Shown: one piece after another, positions 28,367 to 34,743 of the stretch
Numbering within the stretch: the stretch's first letter is position 1
How the letters are laid out: every line of letters begins with the position of its first letter
Origin: Candidatus Omnitrophota bacterium
GTDB taxonomy: Bacteria; Omnitrophota; Gorgyraeia; 2-02-FULL-51-18
Direction: 5' to 3'
DNA: 34,743 nt
Assembly (NCBI GenBank): GCA_023247935.1
Contig: JAHFFM010000002.1
Span: forward strand, 1 to 34,743
Program-made: the position numbers and the translations under genes
Notes under the pieces: model-generated
Databases searched by the model: none
Seen by the model: the letters and a program-made list of their open reading frames with translations, nothing else
What the model was told of the DNA's origin: nothing

Positions 28367-29794
28367 ATGCCGCATTGTCTTTTCTTTTTACCTGAAATAG
28401 CTCTTCTGGGCGTAGCGCTTATCCTCCTATGCCTGATGGTTTCTAAAAAAGAAAGTTCCGTGGACCTTCAGCCCTTCATGGTGCTGTCCAGCATCGCGGT
28501 ATTCGCGACGGTCGCTTATTCTTTTAAATCGTCGGCCGTTTCCACCTTTTATGGCACTTATCGGGTGGATCTTTTTTCGCAAGGGTTTAAAGCTCTTTTA
28601 GCCTTGGCCTTTTTCTTTACCATCGTTTTGTCGGAAGATTTGAACGTCATTCCCAAGCGCTTGAATATCGAATATTACCTCTTTCTGACCACGTCGATGC
28701 TTGGAATGATGATGATCACAAGCTCTTCTGATATTTTGACGCTTTATGTGTCACTGGAGCTTTCCGCATATTCCTTATACCTTTTGTCAGGCTTAAAGCA
28801 GGATAAAAAAGCGTCCGAAGCCAGCGTGAAATACCTGATTTTTGGCGCCGCGACCAGCGGTTTATTCCTCTGGGGAGCCAGTCTCTTGTGCGGCTTGGCT
28901 AAAACAACTTCTCTGGTTGGGATTGCCGTTGCCTCTGAAACGCTCATGACACAGCCGGCATTTCTTCTGGGACTCATCTTTGTCTCCTTCGCGTTTTTAT
29001 TTAAGCTGTCTAATTTTCCTTTCCATTTCTGGGCGCCAGATGTGTATGAAAGCTCGGCGACGCCGGTGACTGCCTTTATCGGCACCGCTTCCAAGGCCGC
29101 GGCGGTCGCGATCTTGATTCGCGTGTTCATGTTCCTCACGCCTACCGGAAATTTTGTCTATTTGTTGGGAGGCCTGGCGTTTATCTCCATGACGATTGGA
29201 AACACCGCCGCCCTACTTCAGAAAGATGTGAAGCGGCTTTTGGCCTACTCGAGCGTCGCGCAGGCCGGCTATCTCATCATTGGTCTTTTGTCGGGAAGCT
29301 TCGAAGGTTTTTCTTCGAGCTTTTTCTACGCAGTCGCTTATGTCCTGATGAACACGGCCGCCTTTTTGGTGGTGCTGATTATTTCAAAAGATTCGAAAGA
29401 AGACAATCCGCAGATCGCTCACTTTGACGGATTGGCCGAGCGTTCACCCTTTTTGGCGCTGATTTTACTTTTAAGTCTCTTGTCGCTGGCCGGTATCCCG
29501 CCACTGGTGGGTTTCACAGGAAAATGGATTCTCTTTTCGGCGGCGATGGAAAAAGGCCATTGGTTTTTGGTGCTATGGGCGGTTTTAAACAGCGTTGTCT
29601 CACTTTTTTACTACCTGACACTTGTCAAACACGCCTATCTCGAAAAACCAAAAAATCACGCGCCGCTAGTGATCTCGGGCTCTTTGAAAGTAACGGGATT
29701 ATTTCTCCTGGCGGCGATTATTTGTTTGGGAGTATTCCCTGATTGTTTGATTCGATTGACGCAGGCAGCCGTTTTAAACGGTTTGATTTGGTAA
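28367..29794 (+). CDS. nuoN: NADH-quinone oxidoreductase subunit N
   Basis: It is an antiporter-like subunit with FPFHFWAPDVYESSATPVTAFIGTASKAAAV. It is the last gene of the operon. Confidence 0.9.
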   Translation: MPHCLFFLPEIALLGVALILLCLMVSKKESSVDLQPFMVLSSIAVFATVAYSFKSSAVSTFYGTYRVDLFSQGFKALLALAFFFTIVLSEDLNVIPKRLNIEYYLFLTTSMLGMMMITSSSDILTLYVSLELSAYSLYLLSGLKQDKKASEASVKYLIFGAATSGLFLWGASLLCGLAKTTSLVGIAVASETLMTQPAFLLGLIFVSFAFLFKLSNFPFHFWAPDVYESSATPVTAFIGTASKAAAVAILIRVFMFLTPTGNFVYLLGGLAFISMTIGNTAALLQKDVKRLLAYSSVAQAGYLIIGLLSGSFEGFSSSFFYAVAYVLMNTAAFLVVLIISKDSKEDNPQIAHFDGLAERSPFLALILLLSLLSLAGIPPLVGFTGKWILFSAAMEKGHWFLVLWAVLNSVVSLFYYLTLVKHAYLEKPKNHAPLVISGSLKVTGLFLLAAIICLGVFPDCLIRLTQAAVLNGLIW

Positions 29795-29797
29795 GAG

Positions 29798-30646
29798 TTA
29801 TTTCCGGCGAACCGTGGTCACGGTGTTGCCTTCAAAAGACGGGATCAGAAGCTCATCCCGTTTTCTATCATAAGAAATATCAGCAGGCGTTCTCAGCCCA
29901 CCCAAATAAGTTGTGATGGTGCCGCGGCCATAAAGCGGGATCCGGTAAATCTCCCCCTTTTGAAAACTGGACACATAAAGATTTCCTGAGGCGTCGTAGT
30001 CAATCCCGTCGAGTCCGTTCAGACCTTTTTTCAATACGTGGACTTTTCCTGTCGACCGTTCGATTTCCAGAATCTCCCCTTTAGTCCAGGTCACCACCAT
30101 CAGATTTTTTGTTTTTGGGTTAAATAGCACGCCGTTCGGGCCACCCAATTCCGGCGAATTGGAATAAACACTGATTTCATAATTTTTGGCGGGGTTTATC
30201 TTGAAAATACGATTGGTCAGCATATCGCTGGTGTACAAAACGCCTTGAGAATCGGCCGTCAAATCGTTCAAAAACTTTGCGCTAAACGAAGAGAAATCCA
30301 CGGTCACAGTGAGCTTGCCGTTTTCTTTATTAAAACCCTTCACGACATCAATATCCGTCACAAACAGCGTTTTCCCGGAAAGCACCAGTCCTTTGGGCGC
30401 GTTCAACACGGCTTCTTTTCCGCCGATAAATTTTTGAATCACAATACTGCCATTAGGATTAATTTTTGAAATGTATCCGTTCCCATCTTTCTCTAGCGGA
30501 CCACCGTTGATATTGGAGACATAATAAGAGCCGTCTTCGGGATCCACGATAAAGCTCTCCGGCGTCTGAAAATTGGAAAGGGTCAAAGCATACGAAGGTT
30601 GAGAAATAAAAAGGGAGAGAATGAATAGAAGAATAAACTTTTTCAT
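29798..30646 (-). CDS. Secreted beta-propeller protein (SMP-30/gluconolactonase/LRE- or NHL-like)
   Basis: The signal peptide is MKKFILLFILSLFISQPSYA. The rest has repeated beta-strand blades with D/N-G-x-hY-V-S/T-D-like motifs (YYVSNINGG, LFVTDID, LYTSDMLTNRIFKI, LYVSSFQKGEIYRI). The start is set at ATG 30646 rather than TTG 30652. It converges on nuoN with a 3-nt gap. Confidence 0.55.
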   Translation of the reverse strand: MKKFILLFILSLFISQPSYALTLSNFQTPESFIVDPEDGSYYVSNINGGPLEKDGNGYISKINPNGSIVIQKFIGGKEAVLNAPKGLVLSGKTLFVTDIDVVKGFNKENGKLTVTVDFSSFSAKFLNDLTADSQGVLYTSDMLTNRIFKINPAKNYEISVYSNSPELGGPNGVLFNPKTKNLMVVTWTKGEILEIERSTGKVHVLKKGLNGLDGIDYDASGNLYVSSFQKGEIYRIPLYGRGTITTYLGGLRTPADISYDRKRDELLIPSFEGNTVTTVRRK

Positions 30647-30652
30647 GCCCAA

Positions 30653-30661
30653 ATTATAGCA
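30653..30661 (-). promoter_or_regulatory. Extended -10 element TGCTATAAT only 6 nt upstream of the beta-propeller ATG (possible leaderless mRNA)
   Basis: The minus strand reads ...CGTGCTATAATTTGGGCATGAAAAAG. No Shine-Dalgarno is visible between the -10 and the ATG. Confidence 0.3.
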
Positions 30662-30674
30662 CGAGGTCTCTGAG

Positions 30675-31879
30675 TTATGAAACCGAAAATAGGAAACCTT
30701 TTAAATAATAGGTTTCTGGGATAAATGGATTGATCGGATGATCGGCAGATTGTTTAAAAAATTTGACCACGCGCATTTCTTTTCGCGTGTCCCAGGCCGC
30801 GTTCAAAGCGGCTTGCATCAAGATATTTTCATCGACGTGATAAGAGCAGGAAAAACCGCCAAAAGCCCGCCAGGATTGAGCAGTTTAAACCCCCTTAAAA
30901 GAATTTCTTTGTAGCCCGTAATGGCTTCTTCCAAAGCCGCTTTTCTTTTCACAAAAGACGGCGGATCCAAGACCACCACATCAAATTTTTTACCTTCGGT
31001 CTCAAGCGATTTGAGTTCGTCAAACGCGTTGGCCGCTTTAAAACGGAGTTTTTCTTCGGAAATACCGTTAAAGCTGCGGTTTTGCTCCGCCTGCTGCAAC
31101 ACATTTTCCTGACTATCGATGCCAAGCACTGTCATTCCTTTCAAGGCCAGGTGCAACGCAAAACCTCCTTGATAACAAAACACATCCAACGCGCTTCCTC
31201 CGGCAAATCCGGCCTTTTCCACCAACTCCGCCAGAAGGACTCTATTTTCTCTTTGATCCAAATAGAAACCGGTTTTGTGACCCTCGGAAAAATTGAGCTG
31301 GTATTTCGCCGCTCCCTCAAAAATAGTGATCTCATCGCCACAAGACTGCTCCACCCATCCCGTTTTCTCCTGGAGCCCTTCCGTCCGGCGGGAGCCTGAG
31401 TCACTCTTTTCGTAAATTCCACGTGAAGGAATTGTGCGTTTGAGCGCCTCCAATATTTGTTCCCGAAAACGCTCCATCCCAAAAGTTCCTAATTGCATCA
31501 CCAGCACTTCTGCGTACTGATCCACAATCAACCCCGGCAGTCCATCCGCCTCGCTGGAAATCACGCGAAAAGCATTGGTATCACTCACAAAACGTTGTCT
31601 AAATTGAACGGCCTTTAAAATTTTCTCGGCAAAAAAATCCGCCCCAAAACCACTCTCTTGCTTATTCGACAAAAGACGAACCGTGATTTCCGACTTCTCA
31701 TTCCAGTAACCGGTTCCCACGCATTTCCCAGTCGAGAGGAAAACATGCGCCAGATCTCCGGGCTCGAGATCCCCTTTTATTTTTTCGATTTGACTGCGAT
31801 AAATCCAAACATGGCCTGACAGCGCGTCAATCCGGCCGGATTTCTTTAAGAACACTTGTCCCACAACCGTTCTATTCAT
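30675..31879 (-). pseudogene. rlmI: RlmI-like 23S rRNA m5C methyltransferase (PUA + class I MTase) interrupted by a 1-nt frameshift in a T5/A5 run (30851-30855)
   Basis: The listed ORF (30818-31879) ends ...LLNPGGLLAVFPALITSMKIS*. From the T-run onward the adjacent frame reads (F)SCSYHVDENILMQAALNAAWDTRKEMRVVKFFKQSADHPINPFIPETYYLKGFLFSVS*, stopping at 30675-30677. That matches the conserved RlmI C-terminus (FSCS...AA...R...Q.ADHP...PE..YLKGF). One extra T would restore a product of about 401 aa. Confidence 0.7.
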
Positions 31880-32337
31880 ATTTTTCCTTCAAATGGTCGA
31901 TGAAATCCATGCGCCTTCACTTGATGCTTCCATAAACTGTCGCCGCTTTCTTTCTTAAATTCTTCCAGCATGGCTGTAAATGTTTCAGTGCTAAGCACGC
32001 TCGCCCCAAATCCACGCGCAATGCGCGAAATCGCCTGATCGCGTGTGACAACCACGAGTCGGCAAACCGCTTTTTTTTCACACAGGTATTTTTCGATATA
32101 GGAATCCGCGGAAACCGCCTGAGAGTATAAAATTTGAAGTGTGGGTGTTTGGAAAGCCTGCCACTCCGCATCATCCCCTTGGCCATCCAAAACCATCTGA
32201 ATCTTTCGTCCGGATGCGGAAGCAAAATTAGCGAGCGCGTGAAGCAGGGACTCACGCGTCACCGCATTATTTTTATGTTTCCGGTTTTTTAAATCGTAAA
32301 GCAGATTATAGCCGTCGATCAGCCATTCTTCCGGCAT
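31876..32337 (-). CDS. NYN-domain / YacP (Rae1)-like predicted ribonuclease
   Basis: WLIDGYNLLY..., MVLDGQG, SADSYIEKYL and LVVVTRDQAI resemble the YacP pattern (DGYN, vFD, ADxxIE, VvTSD). Its stop overlaps the rlmI start (ATGA). Confidence 0.6.
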   Translation of the reverse strand: MPEEWLIDGYNLLYDLKNRKHKNNAVTRESLLHALANFASASGRKIQMVLDGQGDDAEWQAFQTPTLQILYSQAVSADSYIEKYLCEKKAVCRLVVVTRDQAISRIARGFGASVLSTETFTAMLEEFKKESGDSLWKHQVKAHGFHRPFEGKI

Positions 32338-32376
32338 ATGATTTTTCTATTAAGAAAGGAACCTTTAAAAAGAGGG

Positions 32377-32613
32377 CTATTTCTCTTCCATTTTTCGAAC
32401 CAGGTAGGAGTCGAGCAAATCTTTCTTGCTACGCCATCTCCCGCCAATCTTGAACCCTGGAAGCACCCCTTTTTTGAGCCAGCGATACACCGTCATTTCA
32501 TGGACTCCCAAGTACTTGGCAATCTCCTTGGTAGTCATGATCTGCGTGCGCTCGGGTCTTACCGATTCCTTGTACTTTGGTTCCGCACCGTTGCCATTGG
32601 TATTCATAGTCAT
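32377..32613 (-). CDS. Excisionase-family (MerR-like, HTH_17) helix-turn-helix DNA-binding protein
   Basis: MTTKEIAKYLGVHEMTVYRWLKKGVLPGFKIGGRWRSKKDLLDSYL matches the excisionase-type HTH pattern. AGGAG lies upstream. The true start may be the second ATG (32607), given the spacing. Confidence 0.75.
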   Translation of the reverse strand: MTMNTNGNGAEPKYKESVRPERTQIMTTKEIAKYLGVHEMTVYRWLKKGVLPGFKIGGRWRSKKDLLDSYLVRKMEEK

Positions 32614-32633
32614 TTCTCCTGTACTCTGGAGAA

Positions 32634-32662
32634 ATTATAATATAATATTTACTATTTGTCAA
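32634..32662 (-). promoter_or_regulatory. Consensus sigma70 promoter TTGACA - 17 nt - TATAAT upstream of the HTH gene
   Basis: On the minus strand TTGACA lies at 32662-32657 and TATAAT at 32639-32634, with a 17-nt spacer. AGGAG and the ATG follow. Confidence 0.6.
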
Positions 32663-32750
32663 CTTATTTAAGCATTATTTATCATATTTATTTTAAATGA
32701 TAAATAAACAAGTAATAATTAATAATTGTAAATCATTGAAAACAAATAAC

Positions 32751-33488
32751 TTACTTAAAAAGTCCCAAAATGTCCTTGGCCTTGCCCTGGATCAAGTTAG
32801 CGCTATCCCCAGCCAAATTCAATACACCGCCAGCCCCCTCCTTAAAGAAACTCAGATCCGTCAGCTTGGAAAGCGTGGTATGAGTCAGCGCTTCGAACAT
32901 AATCAGGGCTACCAGCGCCTGGGGATTGGTAATATCTCGGTATTCCTTGTTCCGGATATTGATAGGGAATGTCTGGATGCTGGGATTGCCCCCACGGCTA
33001 TAATCCTTATAAACAACGGTTCCAATGGATAAATCGAGCTTATCGATGCGCAGCTTAACCTCCGCGTTTTTCTTGCCGGAAGCTGCCTCTTTTTGACCGC
33101 CTTTGAGTGCGTCAATATTCAACTTACCCTCTTTATCTTTGACCACCACCAGTTCTTTGAGATCAATGCGAACCGCTTCAAAATGGACTTTTCCCGAAAA
33201 AAGAGCCATGGGGTCAAAGTCCACCGTCAGTTCCGGCATATCCAACATCGTTCGATCCTGATAGGAAGAAGGGTTTTGGATGTGTATTCCTTTGAGTTCG
33301 GCGGCACCCTTTAAGAGACTCGTTTTAAAACTCTTAATTTCAACCGGAACATGCGCGACTTGGGAAATTGCGGAGGTGACAGTCGCCTTCAAAATCATAT
33401 CTTTGGCAAAAAAAGCCAAAACAATAACAACTCCAAAAACAATCATGACTTTTCCGAGAGAGCTTTTTTTCTCTGATTTATTTTCCAT
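32751..33488 (-). CDS. Membrane-anchored hypothetical protein (single N-terminal TM; possibly AsmA/DUF748-like)
   Basis: The N-terminal transmembrane segment is GKVMIVFGVVIVLAFFA, followed by a beta-rich soluble part. AAAGGA lies upstream of the ATG. Family assignment is uncertain. Confidence 0.5.
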   Translation of the reverse strand: MENKSEKKSSLGKVMIVFGVVIVLAFFAKDMILKATVTSAISQVAHVPVEIKSFKTSLLKGAAELKGIHIQNPSSYQDRTMLDMPELTVDFDPMALFSGKVHFEAVRIDLKELVVVKDKEGKLNIDALKGGQKEAASGKKNAEVKLRIDKLDLSIGTVVYKDYSRGGNPSIQTFPINIRNKEYRDITNPQALVALIMFEALTHTTLSKLTDLSFFKEGAGGVLNLAGDSANLIQGKAKDILGLFK

Positions 33489-33559
33489 AGCGATCCTTTC
33501 TTAAGCGAATACTAGAGGTGAATTTCCGGGGAAAAACGGGGTAAAACGAAAATCAAATT

Positions 33560-33928
33560 TCAATAAGCGAGTGCTTCATCAATCTTGGCTCTGATCTTCT
33601 CGAGAGAAAGACTCCCTTTTTCAAAAAAAGCGAAATAACCCAATCCTTTGAACTTTTCTTCGACTTCTTCCTCAATACAGCCGGTCACAACAATCACACG
33701 AATCATGGGGTTGATATTCTGAAGGATTGGCAAAAACTTCTCGCCCGTCACAATAGGCATATTAAAGTCCAAGAGCACCACCTTGGGATGATGGCGACGG
33801 AAAGTATTGATCGCGTCCTCGTGATTTGTCGCCATAAAAACATCATAACCGTGAGACTTAAAGTATTCTTTAAGCATCGACGAAAATGCCGGCTCATCGT
33901 CCACGATTAGAATTTTGCCTTTAGACAT
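33560..33928 (-). CDS. Single-domain response regulator (CheY-like receiver)
   Basis: Receiver signatures are ILIVDDE (acidic pair), VVLLDFNMP (phospho-acceptor Asp), VVTG (Thr) and FEKG (Lys). GGGAG lies 6 nt upstream of the ATG. Confidence 0.85.
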   Translation of the reverse strand: MSKGKILIVDDEPAFSSMLKEYFKSHGYDVFMATNHEDAINTFRRHHPKVVLLDFNMPIVTGEKFLPILQNINPMIRVIVVTGCIEEEVEEKFKGLGYFAFFEKGSLSLEKIRAKIDEALAY

Positions 33929-33977
33929 TCAAACTCCCTGTTTTTTCATAAGAATGCGTTCGAGGGATCCAAGGAGT

Positions 33978-34006
33978 ATTATATCGGATTCGACGTAGCA
34001 CGGCAA
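33978..34006 (-). promoter_or_regulatory. Candidate promoter TTGCCG - 17 nt - TATAAT upstream of the response regulator
   Basis: On the minus strand TATAAT lies at 33983-33978 and TTGCCG at 34006-34001. This is a pattern match only. Confidence 0.3.
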
Positions 34007-34052
34007 CCGGAGGGATAGCCCTGTCAAGCGTCTCTCTGAGAGCGACTAAACT

Positions 34053-34268
34053 TTATTTCTTCTTAGCTTCGGGACTTTTATCGATTTCTTTTAAAAGATA
34101 GTTATCCAGCACTTCTTTTTTGGTGCGCCATTGGCCACCCACTTTGAACCCTGGAAGTTTTTTCTCTTTCAAAAGACGATAAACGGTCATGGAATGGACG
34201 CCCAAGTACTTGGCGACTTCTTTCAAAGTCATGATCTGCGTACGCTGTGGTCTCTTTTCTTCGGACAT
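34053..34268 (-). CDS. Excisionase-family HTH DNA-binding protein, paralog of 32377-32613
   Basis: MSEEKRPQRTQIMTLKEVAKYLGVHSMTVYRLLKEKKLPGFKVGGQWRTKKEVLDNYL is about 70% identical (39/56 by hand alignment) to the other HTH protein. I prefer ATG 34268 (GGGGA upstream) over the track's 34337. Confidence 0.75.
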   Translation of the reverse strand: MSEEKRPQRTQIMTLKEVAKYLGVHSMTVYRLLKEKKLPGFKVGGQWRTKKEVLDNYLLKEIDKSPEAKKK

Positions 34269-34391
34269 AAATAAGTTCCCCGTTATGTTAGTTTTGTTAA
34301 TGCTTTTTATTCTGCCACAGATTTTATTAAATTTCAACTAATTTTAATCAGAATTAACAACGGCTAACTTTGGGTGCTTTTGGGGTGGGTT

Positions 34392-34743
34392 TTACGTCCA
34401 GGAGCGGTCTTGAACCCATTGTAGGGCTTGTTCCTTGGTCTGAAGCAGACGTTCCAGCTGAGCTTCTTCCACGGCTTTTAAAATCTTGCCAATCACTGGG
34501 CCTTCCTTATGCCCCAAGTCCAGAATATCTTTTCCGGTGAGTAGTGGCGTCGGCTTAATTTCTTCTTTGGATAAATTTTTGATCTTTTTCTTTAAAAAAC
34601 GCCAATTCGACAGGTCTCCGTGGCTAGCCAAACAGTCCACGCGATGCTGTTCAAGCTCAACGTCAAAGGTCTCGCGTTGAAAGAACTTCTTGAGCGTGCT
34701 TTCTCGCATCTGCTTCACATCTTTAAAGCGCATATGCCCTTCA
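34392..34743 (-). CDS. C-terminal part of a CCA-adding enzyme / poly(A) polymerase-family protein (5'-partial; frame open to window edge)
   Basis: PLLTGKDILDLGHKEGPVIGKILKAVEEAQLERLLQTKEQALQWV matches the conserved C-terminal tail of bacterial tRNA nucleotidyltransferases. The frame remains open upstream of the listed Met (..EGHMRF..). Confidence 0.5.
   Translation of the reverse strand, partial: EGHMRFKDVKQMRESTLKKFFQRETFDVELEQHRVDCLASHGDLSNWRFLKKKIKNLSKEEIKPTPLLTGKDILDLGHKEGPVIGKILKAVEEAQLERLLQTKEQALQWVQDRSWT

Noticed and set aside
30693-30716. An inverted repeat GAAACCT-N10-AGGTTTC could be an intrinsic terminator downstream of the listed rlmI ORF.
   Set aside because: Once the frameshift is taken into account, this stretch encodes the conserved PETYYLKGF C-terminal motif of RlmI. 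It is coding sequence, and the stem is short and AT-rich.
32678-32704. An AT-only inverted repeat TTTATCAT-N11-ATGATAAA could be a terminator after the 245-aa membrane protein gene.
   Set aside because: The 8-bp all-A/T stem would be very unstable, there is no clear U-tract, and it overlaps the promoter-proximal AT-rich region. The evidence is not strong enough to call.

Overview
The window has four blocks.

(1) 1-19522, minus strand. This is one uninterrupted reading frame of at least 6,507 codons. It starts at TTG 19522 with a Sec-type signal peptide and runs off the left edge. The supplied ORF track omits it, apparently because it has no in-window stop, so the first 19.5 kb only looks ORF-less. 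The protein is not built from tandem repeats. It is punctuated 20 times by an in-frame pentapeptide [G/A]-A-R-L-[A/S/T]. Between these marks I can recognise by eye three class I SAM-methyltransferase-like modules, a GHKL-ATPase-like box, two HTH motifs and one HhH motif. This is the most unusual object in the window.

(2) 19523-20003. This is a divergent control region. It holds an AT-rich tract, 4-5 direct copies of GCA(A/G)ACTAAGG at 14-15 bp spacing, a perfect 44-bp palindrome made from the same motif, a second 18-bp palindrome with the same core, and a sigma70-like promoter for nuo.

(3) 20016-29794, plus strand. This is a complex I operon, nuoA-B-CD(fused)-H-I-J-K-L-M-N, with no nuoE/F/G. 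NuoB and NuoI carry Pro/Ala-rich tails.

(4) 29798-34743, minus strand. In coordinate order:
- a secreted beta-propeller protein;
- an RlmI-like rRNA methyltransferase broken by a 1-nt frameshift in a homopolymer;
- a YacP/NYN-like protein;
- an excisionase-type HTH protein;
- a membrane-anchored hypothetical protein;
- a CheY-like receiver;
- a second, paralogous excisionase-type HTH protein;
- the 3' end of a CCA-adding-enzyme-like gene.

All domain calls are by-eye motif recognition. No searches were run. The organism is unknown. A giant ORF plus an 11-subunit nuo operon is reminiscent of uncultivated lineages such as Omnitrophota, but that is only a guess.
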